Source: Myxococcales bacterium
Lineage (GTDB): Bacteria > Myxococcota_A > UBA9042
Length of the DNA stretch: 49,192 bases
NCBI GenBank assembly: GCA_037441385.1
Contig: JBBISH010000036.1
Coordinates: forward strand, 1 to 49,192
Direction: 5' to 3'
Shown here: piece by piece, positions 8,929 to 18,116 of the stretch
Position numbering within the stretch: the stretch's first letter is position 1
How the letters are laid out: each line of letters begins with the position of its first letter
The notes under the pieces: model-generated
Seen by the model: only the letters and a program-made list of their open reading frames with translations
Databases searched by the model: none
What the model was told of the DNA's origin: nothing
Translations under genes and position numbers: made by a program

Positions 8929-9420
8929 CTACGAAAGCGTGACACGATCGCGGTCCACCTCGGCGATCGCCGCCAGGGCACGTTCGTGCGCAGCCTGGGG
9001 CGACCAGGTGCGCAGGTCCAGCGGCCGCATGTGCACCGCGCCCTTGATGCAGACCGTGGCACAGTCGCCGCACGAGACGCACTGCAATGGCTCGGCCAGA
9101 ATGACGGCGCCCAGGTAGCGCGTCCCGACCAGCCCGAGGCAGGCAAACGCGCAGAACTCCGTGCAAAGGTTGCAGCCATTGCAGCGCTGCAGGTCAAACA
9201 CGGGCCGCAGTCGCTGGTCGCGCGGCACGCGCTGGGCGAGCTGCCCGCTGGGATCGAACACCGCATCCACTGGGCAGATTTGCCCGCAGACCCCGCAGTC
9301 GATGCAGCGGCGCGGGTCTACCTTGTGCAACTGCCCCTCGGCCCCGGTGATCGCCGCCGTGGGACACTGGCGCAGGCACGAGGTGCAGCCGTCGCACGCG
9401 CCGCCGATCGTATAGGCCAT
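8929..9420 (-). CDS. Polyferredoxin with four [4Fe-4S] motifs
   Basis: ATG at 9420, MAYTIGG; CDGCTSCLRQCP, CIDCGVCGQICP, CNGCNLCTEFCA, CVSCGDCATVCI; no signal peptide. Confidence 0.88.
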   Translation of the reverse strand: MAYTIGGACDGCTSCLRQCPTAAITGAEGQLHKVDPRRCIDCGVCGQICPVDAVFDPSGQLAQRVPRDQRLRPVFDLQRCNGCNLCTEFCAFACLGLVGTRYLGAVILAEPLQCVSCGDCATVCIKGAVHMRPLDLRTWSPQAAHERALAAIAEVDRDRVTLS

Positions 9421-9732
9421 CGGTGCCCTCGCGGCGAACGCCGCCGCCAACTCAGGCTACGCTGGCGAACCGCAGGGCGCAAATGCTGTTCCACGGGCCA
9501 TCCCAGACTTGTTTGATTCGGATTGCAGGCCGGGCATATCTGGTGGCCTAAACCGCGGTCGCTGCCCGATTCTCGCCATTTGCAGAGCCTGCAGACAGGT
9601 GGCGCGGGCGTGAATCAGGTAGGAAGCGTGCAACTTGACTGGCACTAAGCGATATCTGCCTCGGTTGACAGGGCCGTGACAATTGCGCAACCCCATCATC
9701 ACAAATCAAGGGACTACCGCGTGGAGTAGCGG

Positions 9733-9760
9733 TTGACGGCAGGGAGCGTCCTGGTAGATT
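9733..9760 (+). promoter_or_regulatory. Candidate sigma70 promoter for the roadblock/ODP operon
   Basis: TTGACG (9733-9738), 16 nt, TAGATT (9755-9760), with an extended -10 TG at 9752-9753. Confidence 0.4.
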
Positions 9761-9870
9761 CATGATTTGAAGGCCCGCCGTCCTGGCCCCGCCGCTGAGC
9801 CATCTGGCTTGCCTTTCCGCCCCTAGACCGGGTCGTCTGCTGACATTTTTATCGCAGGAGCACCTGCTCG

Positions 9871-10353
9871 ATGTCGACCACCACTTCCACTCGACTAGCT
9901 TTGGGTCCCAGCTTGCGAAGGCTGTCGCCAGAGCAGCGGCGCAACTTCCTGGATCAAATCATGGAACGCTGCGCGGAGCGCTCGGGGACTGGCGCGGCCA
10001 GCTTCGTCCTGCACAGCGATGGCTTGATCGTCGCCGGGCACGCCCCGGGCGACATCGACGCAGAGCTGGCGGCGGCTCACTGTGCGATGGCCTGGGAGCA
10101 ATCGCAGCGGCTGGCCCAAGATGGCTTGTCGGGCAGCATGGAAACGCTGGGGATTACCATGGCTGGCCACCAGATTTGGCTCAGGCAGGTGCGCGGCGAG
10201 TTGCTGTTCGGCTTATGGCTCCCGCCACTGGCCAACTTGGGCGCGGCGTTGCTGGCGGTAGAGCAGGCCGTGGCCGACCTGCAGGTCTGGCTGGGGCCGG
10301 ATGCACAGCGGCGCCGGCGGGCGGCGGCAAAGGTGGGCGCATGGAAACACTGA
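9871..10353 (+). CDS. Roadblock/LC7 (MglB-like) domain protein
   Basis: AGGAG RBS; ASFVLHSDGLIVAG...DAELAAA...ANLGAALLAVEQAVADL matches the roadblock pattern. Confidence 0.75.
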   Translation: MSTTTSTRLALGPSLRRLSPEQRRNFLDQIMERCAERSGTGAASFVLHSDGLIVAGHAPGDIDAELAAAHCAMAWEQSQRLAQDGLSGSMETLGITMAGHQIWLRQVRGELLFGLWLPPLANLGAALLAVEQAVADLQVWLGPDAQRRRRAAAKVGAWKH

Positions 10354-11669
10354 CCGTTGCCGGAATTGCACTGCTGTCGGCTGCCGTGGGTGCCATCCTG
10401 GCGTCGCTATTGGCGAAACGGACCCTACCGCAAGCGGCCCAGGTACAGCCCGAGGCCAAGGCCACAGTCGCCGGCCAAGAGGCACAAGCCGAGTCTGCAC
10501 GCCAGGTTGTTGCGGTCGGCGCTGTCACGGCGGCGGTCGAGCCGGCGGCCGACTACACGACCGTGGAGTCCACCGAGGGCAAGTGGCAAGACCAGGCCTT
10601 GGCCGACCAACTGCACACCGCCCAGCGCGGGGCCGCGGCGGCCGAGGCGGAGCGCGACGATTTGCTGGGTGAACGAGCCGATCTGCAAAAGCAACTTGCC
10701 GCAGGCCAGGCTGCGTTGCGGGCCGCTCGCGAACAAGTTGGGCAACTGGAACGGAGCGTGGCTGACGCCAACAAGGAGCGCGAGGCCGCGGCAGGCCGTC
10801 TGCAAGCCTGCGAGACTCAACGCGATCAGCACGCAAGCCGGGCGGCGGCGGCCGAAAAGGCTGTGGCCGATCAAGCCGGCCAGCACGCCCGCAGTCAGGC
10901 CGAAATCCAGCGACTGCGCGAGGCGCTGGACGAGGAACGGCAGGCCCGCACGGCGAGCGAGGCGGAATTGGCGGCACAGTCCGAGCTGGAATCCTCGCTA
11001 AACGACTTGCGTTCCTCGCTGAGCGACCACGAGCGTTGGCTGGGCGACGAGCGGCAGCGGGCCACGGCCCTGCAAGACGAACTGGCGGGCCTGCAGCAGC
11101 ATCGGGCCAAGGTGCGGCAGTTGGCCTCGCAACTGCGCGAAGCCAAGGCCAAGCTGGCCAACCAATCGGGTGCGTTCGACCTGTCTGCGATCCTGCTGAC
11201 CGCAGAATCGCAGGTGTGCGTGGCCGATTTGGAAGGATTACTTGGGGATTGGGCCGAGTCGCCGGGCGTGCGCGCCATCGCGGTGGGCACCAAGGATGGC
11301 ATGGCGCTGGCCGGCAACACTGCGGGCACGCCGTGGCTGGCCGCCCTTGCCGCCGAAGTGGACCGCGCGGTGGCCGCTGCCGAGCCGTGGGTCGCCGCGC
11401 ACCTAGAGCTTGGCGAGCCGGAACTCATGCAAGTGCGCGACCGCCATGGCGGAGCCCTGACCGTGCGTCGCTGGGAAGGCCTGAGCGAGCCGCTCTTGCT
11501 GGCCGTGCTCAGCTCGGCGCAAATTGCCAAGGATCCAAGCAAGGTTGCCCCCCCTGTCACCGTTGCCGCCGAGCGCCCGCGTGGGGCGTCCGCCGTTCGC
11601 CTACCCCGACTTGAGCCCGCGCCAACGGCTGCGGCCTCCACCGACCCTGGACCGATTACTGACCAATAG
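10341..11669 (+). CDS. N-terminal TM anchor, long coiled coil and C-terminal roadblock-like domain
   Basis: ATG at 10341, METLTVAGIALLSAAVGAILASLLAKR; ~190 aa A/E/Q/R heptad region; C-terminal PGVRAIAVGTKDGMALAG...LAALAA...LGEPELMQV. Confidence 0.7.
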   Translation: METLTVAGIALLSAAVGAILASLLAKRTLPQAAQVQPEAKATVAGQEAQAESARQVVAVGAVTAAVEPAADYTTVESTEGKWQDQALADQLHTAQRGAAAAEAERDDLLGERADLQKQLAAGQAALRAAREQVGQLERSVADANKEREAAAGRLQACETQRDQHASRAAAAEKAVADQAGQHARSQAEIQRLREALDEERQARTASEAELAAQSELESSLNDLRSSLSDHERWLGDERQRATALQDELAGLQQHRAKVRQLASQLREAKAKLANQSGAFDLSAILLTAESQVCVADLEGLLGDWAESPGVRAIAVGTKDGMALAGNTAGTPWLAALAAEVDRAVAAAEPWVAAHLELGEPELMQVRDRHGGALTVRRWEGLSEPLLLAVLSSAQIAKDPSKVAPPVTVAAERPRGASAVRLPRLEPAPTAAASTDPGPITDQ

Positions 11670-11697
11670 CTGGCCGCCGCGCCGATCGAGAGGAAAC

Positions 11698-12459
11698 ATG
11701 CCTAGTGTAACGCTGTTCCAGTCGCCCAATCACAAGAACATCCTGCTCGAAGACTTTGGCCGCGGCTTGGCCGTGCAGGCCAATCAGCACCTCATCATCC
11801 ACGAGAACAGCGCCATCTTGCTCGATCCGGGTGGGCACAAGGTGTACTCCAAGGTCCTGGGCGAGACCTTTGCCCAGCTTGGCCGCGCCAAGTTGGAGCA
11901 CCTGTTCTTCTCGCACCAGGATCCCGACATCGTCGCCGCCGCCAACGGGTGGCTGATGACCACCGACGCCACCGGCTGGGCCCCGTCGCTGTGGATTCGC
12001 TTCATCCCGCACTTTGGCCTGGACAACCTCGTCGCCGACCGGCTCAAGCCGATCCCGGACACCGGCATGTTCCTGAACCTGGCCGGTTGCGAATTGATGT
12101 TCATTCCCGCGCACTTCTTGCACTCGCCCGGCAACCTGCAGGTCTACGATCCCGCGTCGAAGATCCTGTACAGCGGCGACCTGGGCGCGTCGCTGGGCAT
12201 GGAATACCAAGAAGTGCCCGATTTCGACGGGCACCTCAAGTACATGGAGGGCTTCCACAAGCGCTACATGACCTCGAACCGCGCCATGCACGCCTGGGCC
12301 GGCATGGTCCGCGACCTGGACATCGAGATGATCGCGCCGCAGCACGGTGCGCTGTTCCGTGGCCGGGCCATGGTGCAGCGGTTCATCGATTGGTGCGACG
12401 AACTGACCTGCGGCGTGGACCTGTTGCCCGACACCTACACGCTGCCGCGCAAAGGCTAG
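11698..12459 (+). CDS. ODP-like oxygen-binding di-iron protein (MBL fold), copy 1
   Basis: ATG at 11698 after GAGG; NQHLI, LLDPGG, SHQDPD, PAHFLHSPGN, SGDLG, FHKRYM, IAPQHG; no flavodoxin domain. Confidence 0.85.
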   Translation: MPSVTLFQSPNHKNILLEDFGRGLAVQANQHLIIHENSAILLDPGGHKVYSKVLGETFAQLGRAKLEHLFFSHQDPDIVAAANGWLMTTDATGWAPSLWIRFIPHFGLDNLVADRLKPIPDTGMFLNLAGCELMFIPAHFLHSPGNLQVYDPASKILYSGDLGASLGMEYQEVPDFDGHLKYMEGFHKRYMTSNRAMHAWAGMVRDLDIEMIAPQHGALFRGRAMVQRFIDWCDELTCGVDLLPDTYTLPRKG

Positions 12460-12498
12460 CCAGCGCGCGCTGGCGCAACGACCACTGGAGAATCCCCG

Positions 12499-14652
12499 TT
12501 GACGATGCCCCCCGCCACACCGGACCCGCAGACGCTCGTCGGCACGCGCTTTGGCCGCTACGAGGTCGAGGCACGCATTGCTGCGGGCGGCATGGCCGAG
12601 GTGTGGCGGGCGCGGTTGACGGGCAGCGCCGGCTTTGAGAAGCGGGTGGCCCTCAAGACCTTGCTCCCAGATCTGGGCCAACGCGACGACTTGGTGCGGA
12701 TGTTCATCGGTGAGGCTGCCTTGGCCGCCGAGATCACCCACCCCAACGTGGTCCAAGTCTTTGATTTTGGCTGCAAGGACGGTCGCTACTTCATGGCGAT
12801 GGAGTACGTGGCCGGGCGTTCGCTGCGCCAGCTCCTGCAAGCGAGCCAGCAGGCCGGGGCGCGCCGGCTGCCGGCGTGGGTCCTGCTCGAGATGGGCCTG
12901 CAAGTCTGCGACGGTCTTGAGCATATCCATGCCTTCCACCACGCCGATGGCGAGCCGATGGGCTTGGTGCACCGCGACGTTTCGCCCGAGAACATCCTGA
13001 TTTCGTGGTCCGGCACGGTCAAGCTCATCGATTTTGGCGTCGCCCGGGTGATCGAGGCGGCCGGCATGGCCAGTGGCCCGGTGGCAGGCAAGCCGCGCTA
13101 CATGGCGCCCGAGCAGGCGCTGGGTTTGGACATCGACGCCCGCGCCGACGTGTTTTCGCTGGGCGTGGTGATGTACGCGTGTGCGACCGGGCGCCTCCCC
13201 TTCTCGGGCAAGGACGCGCAAGAGGTGATGCAGGCAGTGGTTCAGGGCCGTTGTCCGCCGCTGGCCAAGCTCAACCCGCAGGCACGGCCCGAACTGGTGG
13301 CCCTAATCCAGCACGCCATGGCCACCGATCGCGGCGAGCGCACGCCGAATACTGGGGAACTGCGGCGCGAACTGTTGGCCTGGGCGCGGGCGGCGGACCT
13401 GGACCCTATGACGCGGCGCCTGGGCCCCCTGGTCACCGCGTTGGCCAAGGGCGACCCGGACCTACCACCGGCCCTGCGCTCCCACGCCAAAGGCGTGCAG
13501 CTTGCCAGCCTGCTCTTTGATGCCTCGAACGAGGTCCCGGCGGGGACCGCGGCCTCGCTGGCCAACGAGGCGCCGCCCATTCCGGCGCAGAGCACCTCGA
13601 CGGCCCGCAAGCTGCACCCAGCGCCCGTGGGCCGCGCCCGCCGCGCTCCCTCGGGGGCGATCGCCGCGGAAGACGCGCTGCCGCAGCTGCCGTCCGAGCT
13701 GATTGCGCCGCTCCCCACGCCAGAAAGCAAAGCCGCCCAAGCTCCTGCGGCGCCCCAGCCCCAGGCCCCAGCCACTCCAGGGCGGCGGGTCCAGCGCGAC
13801 ACGCACACGGGTTGGGGGCTGCCTGTGCTCCCGCAGGAGCTGACCGGCCCGCTGACCAACCCGCCCCTGCCCCAGAGCACGCCAGCGCCGACGACGCGCG
13901 ACACGGGCAAGCACCGTGCCACCACCGGCCCGGTTCCCCAGATTGCGGCAGCGGAGTCGTACCCCGAACTAGACGCTTGGATCCGCCCCACCGCGCCGTT
14001 GGGTTCGGCAACTCGCGCGAGCCAGTCGTCGGGCTCTCATCCGATGAGCTCGGATCGAAGGTCCGGCGAAATGCCCACGGTGGATCTGGGGCCCCTTTCC
14101 GATGCGCGACGCACGCGCGATGAACCGGCCCGGCCCTACACCCGCGAATCCGGCAAGATGCACAGTAACGACAGCGTGGCCACCGCGACCGAATCGGCGG
14201 CAGGGGCTGCAACAGCCTCGGAGTCGGCGCGCCAGGCGGAGCGCCGCTCGGCAACGGGCAAGTGGGCCGCGATCCTGAGCGAGCGCGCCGAGGCCGCCGC
14301 AGAGCCCGAACCGCGTGCCAGCACGGGCAAGTGGGCGGCCGTGGGCAGCGAAAAGACCCCGGCCCCGGCTCCCAGCCCGTCCGGTTGGGCGGCGTTTGGC
14401 CAGCGCGAGAGTCGGCCCTTGTGGGGCGTGCCGGCCGAGGAACCGCCGCCGGCCGAAGCGCCGGCCAAGGAACCCGAAATTCCGGCCGAGGCCGAACAGC
14501 TGTTCGAGACCGGGCTTGCGGCGTTCCAGCGCCACCGCTGGCAGCAGGCGGTCGACTGCTGGGAGCGGGCCTGCGCGATGGCGCCGGGCAACCGGGGATG
14601 GGCATTCAACTTGGCTCGGGCCAAGCAGAAACTGGAAGGTGAGCCGGGCTAG
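12499..14652 (+). CDS. Cytoplasmic Hanks-type Ser/Thr protein kinase with a long P/A/T/S-rich tail and C-terminal TPR-like helices
   Basis: [33 protein letters not shown]; no TM segment; C-terminal [34 protein letters not shown]. Confidence 0.92.
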   Translation: MTMPPATPDPQTLVGTRFGRYEVEARIAAGGMAEVWRARLTGSAGFEKRVALKTLLPDLGQRDDLVRMFIGEAALAAEITHPNVVQVFDFGCKDGRYFMAMEYVAGRSLRQLLQASQQAGARRLPAWVLLEMGLQVCDGLEHIHAFHHADGEPMGLVHRDVSPENILISWSGTVKLIDFGVARVIEAAGMASGPVAGKPRYMAPEQALGLDIDARADVFSLGVVMYACATGRLPFSGKDAQEVMQAVVQGRCPPLAKLNPQARPELVALIQHAMATDRGERTPNTGELRRELLAWARAADLDPMTRRLGPLVTALAKGDPDLPPALRSHAKGVQLASLLFDASNEVPAGTAASLANEAPPIPAQSTSTARKLHPAPVGRARRAPSGAIAAEDALPQLPSELIAPLPTPESKAAQAPAAPQPQAPATPGRRVQRDTHTGWGLPVLPQELTGPLTNPPLPQSTPAPTTRDTGKHRATTGPVPQIAAAESYPELDAWIRPTAPLGSATRASQSSGSHPMSSDRRSGEMPTVDLGPLSDARRTRDEPARPYTRESGKMHSNDSVATATESAAGAATASESARQAERRSATGKWAAILSERAEAAAEPEPRASTGKWAAVGSEKTPAPAPSPSGWAAFGQRESRPLWGVPAEEPPPAEAPAKEPEIPAEAEQLFETGLAAFQRHRWQQAVDCWERACAMAPGNRGWAFNLARAKQKLEGEPG

Positions 14653-14726
14653 CGTCCGCGCGGGTGCGCTGACCGGGGCCGACAATCGGAGTGCGAAGTC
14701 TGGCAAAAGCCGTGGGGAGAATTCAG

Positions 14727-15104
14727 ATGGCGCGGCGCAAGCGCGAGCCCAAGCTGGGTAAAGTACTGAACGATCTGCATCAAGCATTCCCCGCGCTCAC
14801 GGCAGCGTGGCTGCTGGATACCGACGGCTTCCATGTCGCTGGCGATCGGCTAGGTGGGCGCGACGCCGACACGGTGTGCGCCTTGTGCGCGAGTGCCCTC
14901 GCCACCGTCGAGCGCATGGGCCGCGAAATTGCGCAGGGCGAACCGACCACGATGGTCGTGGGCTTGCAGCAGGGGGCCCTGGTGCTCCACAACGTCGATG
15001 CCGAAACTTGGCTCGCGGTCGAAGTCGGCCAGCGCGAGCAGTTGGGGATGGCGCAACTGGCGGTCCGGCACGCGCGGCCACTGCTGGCAACCACGGGTAG
15101 CTAA
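14727..15104 (+). CDS. Roadblock/LC7 (MglB-like) domain protein
   Basis: ATG at 14727 after GGAGA; AAWLLDTDGFHVAG...VCALCASALATVERMGREIAQGEP...QLGMAQLAVR. Confidence 0.8.
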   Translation: MARRKREPKLGKVLNDLHQAFPALTAAWLLDTDGFHVAGDRLGGRDADTVCALCASALATVERMGREIAQGEPTTMVVGLQQGALVLHNVDAETWLAVEVGQREQLGMAQLAVRHARPLLATTGS

Positions 15105-15188
15105 CCAATCGATCCGCCTGGGGCAGGCCCAGGGATCCAAGCAACGGGGCGGTCCTCGCCCAACGACTCAACCAAGCAGGAGAACATC

Positions 15189-15554
15189 ATGTCGCGACTT
15201 CAAGATCTTACCAAAGTGCTGCGCGGTCTGCAGACGGCCACCCCCGAGCTCGAGGCCGCGGCGCTGATTTCCGAAGACGGTCTGCTGATTGCCAGCGCAC
15301 TGCCCGAAGAGATCGAAGAAGGCCGCGTCGCCGGTATGTCGGCGGTGCTGCTGAGCCTGGGTACGCGCGCGTCAGCCGAGTTGGGTCGCGGCAACCCCGA
15401 GTTGGTGCTCATCAAGGGCAGCCGCGGCTACGTGGTCATGGTCGAAGTGTCGGGCGGCGCTTTGCTCATCGTGCTGGCGACCGAGACGGCCAAGCTGGGT
15501 CTGGTGTTCTTGGAGGTCAAGCGCGCCGCGCAAGCCCTTGCCAAGATGATCTAG
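15189..15554 (+). CDS. Roadblock/LC7 (MglB-like) domain protein
   Basis: AGGAG RBS; EAAALISEDGLLIASALP...RVAGMSAVLLSLGTRASAELGRG..VLIKGSRGYVVM...AKLGLVFLEVKRAA (canonical). Confidence 0.9.
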   Translation: MSRLQDLTKVLRGLQTATPELEAAALISEDGLLIASALPEEIEEGRVAGMSAVLLSLGTRASAELGRGNPELVLIKGSRGYVVMVEVSGGALLIVLATETAKLGLVFLEVKRAAQALAKMI

Positions 15555-15653
15555 TGGCACGCGCCAAGGCTGCCGTCCTGTGCGGCACACGGTTGCGCGT
15601 TCCGTCGTCTGTTGCCTACCTGGGCTGCCCGCGCGGCCCTTCTGGAGGTGGCC

Positions 15654-16412
15654 ATGCCATCGCTCGTCCTGTTCGGGGATCATCAACATCGCAACATCCT
15701 GCTGGAAGATTTTGGCCGGGGCCAGGCCGTGCAGGCCAACCAGCATTTGATCATTCACGACGGCGCGGGCCTGTTGCTCGATCCGGGCGGCCACAAGGTC
15801 TACGGTCAGGCCTTGTCCGAGACGCTGCAACACCTGGGGCGCGGCAAGCTGGAGCACCTGTTCTTCTCGCACCAAGACCCCGACATCGTGGCCGCCGCCA
15901 ATGGCTGGCTGATGACGACCGAGGCCACGGGCTGGGTGCCCTCGCTGTGGCTGCGCTTCATCCCGCACTTTGGCTTGGACAATCTGGTGGCCGACCGACT
16001 CAAACCGATTGGCGACGGCGGCATGATCCTGGATCTCAACGGCTGCAAGATGACGATTCTGCCGGCCCACTACCTGCACTCGCCCGGCAACTGCCAGGTC
16101 TACGATCCGCACTCGAAGATCCTCTACAGCGGCGATTTGGGCGCGTCATTGGGCATGACCTACCAAGAGGTCGAGGATTTTGACGCCCACCTGCAGTACA
16201 TGACTGGCTTCCACCAGCGTTACATGACGTCGAACAAGGCGATGCGCGCCTGGGCCAAGCTAGCCCGTCAGCTGGACATCGAGGTCATTGCCCCGCAGCA
16301 TGGCGCCTTCTTCCGCGGCAAGCCGATGGTCGAGCGGTTCATCAGCTGGTGCGAAGGTCTGCAGTGCGGCGTGGACCTGATCCCAGAGAGCGGCTGGACC
16401 CTGCCGACGTAG
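15654..16412 (+). CDS. ODP-like oxygen-binding di-iron protein (MBL fold), copy 2
   Basis: ATG at 15654 after GGAGG; same motifs as copy 1 (SHQDPD, PAHYLHSPGN, SGDLG, IAPQHG). Confidence 0.85.
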   Translation: MPSLVLFGDHQHRNILLEDFGRGQAVQANQHLIIHDGAGLLLDPGGHKVYGQALSETLQHLGRGKLEHLFFSHQDPDIVAAANGWLMTTEATGWVPSLWLRFIPHFGLDNLVADRLKPIGDGGMILDLNGCKMTILPAHYLHSPGNCQVYDPHSKILYSGDLGASLGMTYQEVEDFDAHLQYMTGFHQRYMTSNKAMRAWAKLARQLDIEVIAPQHGAFFRGKPMVERFISWCEGLQCGVDLIPESGWTLPT

Positions 16413-16457
16413 GCGCCGCCGCAATCCGGGCCCGACCGCAGCTGCCTTGGTGCGGGA

Positions 16458-18116
16458 TCAATTGCCCAGCTGAACCTTGGGTGCGGCGGCAAACAGCACC
16501 AGCAAGTCGTTGTCGGTAAAGCTCAGGCCGGCGCCGTAGAACAGGCTCATGCGCGACGTGGGGTACATGAGCTCGTCCGCGCCGAGCCAAGCGTAGACGT
16601 GCGGGATGAAGGCCCACATCAGGCTGGCGCGCAGCCGCGGCCGGTCCTCGCTGAAGCGGAACAAATCCGCCGAGATGGCTAGTCGGTCGCGTAGCAGGTT
16701 GAAGTCGACGCCAGCGCCCGCCGTGCTCTCGATCAGGCCGCCGCGCAGCGTGACCGAGCCGAACCGGCGCGCATATTGCAGACCCAGGCGCAGACCGCTC
16801 GGCTGGCGCTCGGTAAAAGTCTCGCTGAGTTGCGGGGGATCACTGCCGCCCGAGCTGGCCGTCACCCGCGAAAACGTCGACACCACAGGCAGGTTGTTGG
16901 TCGTTACGGTGGCCAGCACGTACTTGTCCGGCGTGGGCTGCAACCGCAAGCTGAGGTGCGACTGCCACTTGAGCGGGTCCTTGGCATCGTACAGCGCGGC
17001 GTGCGCCGCCAGCCGATAATCCACGCCAATTTCCAGGTCGATGTACTTCTTGAGCAGCGTGCTGGACGAGGCCATGATGCCCTCGGCCGACTTGATGAGC
17101 GTCTCGTCGCGCAACAGCCGACCCACGTTGCCTTTGCCGGCGTCGATGTCGGCGGCCACGCTTTCGGCGTGCTCCATGACGCGGTCGACCCTGCCCAATG
17201 CGTCTTGAACCTTCTTGAGCGCGGTCGCGACGGTGCCGATGGTGCTGTCGACGCCAGCGCGGTTCTTGCCAATTAAATCCCGCACTTCACCCGTCACGAC
17301 CTCGATGTTCTCGATGCTGCGCACCAGCGACTTGCCGCCCACGTCGATGGTGCCCGAGGTGCGGCCGATCAGTTGATCGACGCGATCGGCCAAGTCGCTC
17401 AGCTTGGTGGCGGTGTCGGCAAAGCCGCGCATGCCGCGATCCAGGTCGCCGCCGGGAGCCAATACCCCCTCGCTCAGGCGTTGTTGCAGCGTGGCGGTGC
17501 TGCTGGCGAGCGACGCGCTGGCCCGCACCAGGTTGTCGGTGATGGTGGCGATCTTTTCCGCCCCCGAGTCGCTGCCCAAGACCGCCGCGGCGTTGTGCGT
17601 CACCTTGGCCACGTCGGCCGTGATCTCGTTGATTTTTGGGATGATGTCGGCCGCCTTCTCCATCTTGCTCAGCGTTTGCTGCAGCGCGGTTGCGGTGATC
17701 ACTCGGGGGATTTCGTCGCCGGGCCGAAGCTGCCGGCCACTCGCGCCCACGCCCAGCTCCAGGTAGAAATCGCCCAACAGCGAGGCCTGCAGGCGGGTCA
17801 GCGACGCCGAGTTGCGCAGCTCGCCCTCGGCATTGCGCACACCGCCAAAGAGCTTGACGCTCTCGACCAGCCGCACCTGCACGTCCACGGCCTGGCCCTT
17901 GAGCTGCATCGTCTCGACTTCGCCCACGCGCACGCCGGCCACCGTGATCTTGGTGCCTTCGCCGATCCCCGTCACATCGTCAAAGGTGGCGTGCAGCAGA
18001 TACGTGCCCGAACCCTTGCCGATCCCGCGGTTGCTGTAGGCGACAAAGACCACCAGGGCCACCATCGCGGCGACGACCAGCAGACCAACCGTGATGGCCG
18101 CGCGGACGTTGTTCAT
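16458..18116 (-). CDS. mlaD: MlaD/MCE family protein with long helical region and C-terminal beta-barrel-like domain
   Basis: N-terminal TM; FDDVTGIGEGTKITVAGVRVGEV...SLLGDFYLEL (MCE domain); GKGNVGRLLRDE. Confidence 0.85.
   Translation of the reverse strand: MNNVRAAITVGLLVVAAMVALVVFVAYSNRGIGKGSGTYLLHATFDDVTGIGEGTKITVAGVRVGEVETMQLKGQAVDVQVRLVESVKLFGGVRNAEGELRNSASLTRLQASLLGDFYLELGVGASGRQLRPGDEIPRVITATALQQTLSKMEKAADIIPKINEITADVAKVTHNAAAVLGSDSGAEKIATITDNLVRASASLASSTATLQQRLSEGVLAPGGDLDRGMRGFADTATKLSDLADRVDQLIGRTSGTIDVGGKSLVRSIENIEVVTGEVRDLIGKNRAGVDSTIGTVATALKKVQDALGRVDRVMEHAESVAADIDAGKGNVGRLLRDETLIKSAEGIMASSSTLLKKYIDLEIGVDYRLAAHAALYDAKDPLKWQSHLSLRLQPTPDKYVLATVTTNNLPVVSTFSRVTASSGGSDPPQLSETFTERQPSGLRLGLQYARRFGSVTLRGGLIESTAGAGVDFNLLRDRLAISADLFRFSEDRPRLRASLMWAFIPHVYAWLGADELMYPTSRMSLFYGAGLSFTDNDLLVLFAAAPKVQLGN

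Noticed and set aside
9513..9709. FNR/CRP boxes in the divergent promoter region
   Set aside because: Only half-sites are present (TTGAT at 9513, ATCAA at 9705), with no convincing palindrome.
11698..16412. MBL-fold genes as beta-lactamases or FprA/flavodiiron NO reductases
   Set aside because: The motif is SHQDPD rather than HxHxDH or HxExDH, and there is no signal peptide or flavodoxin domain; ODP fits better.
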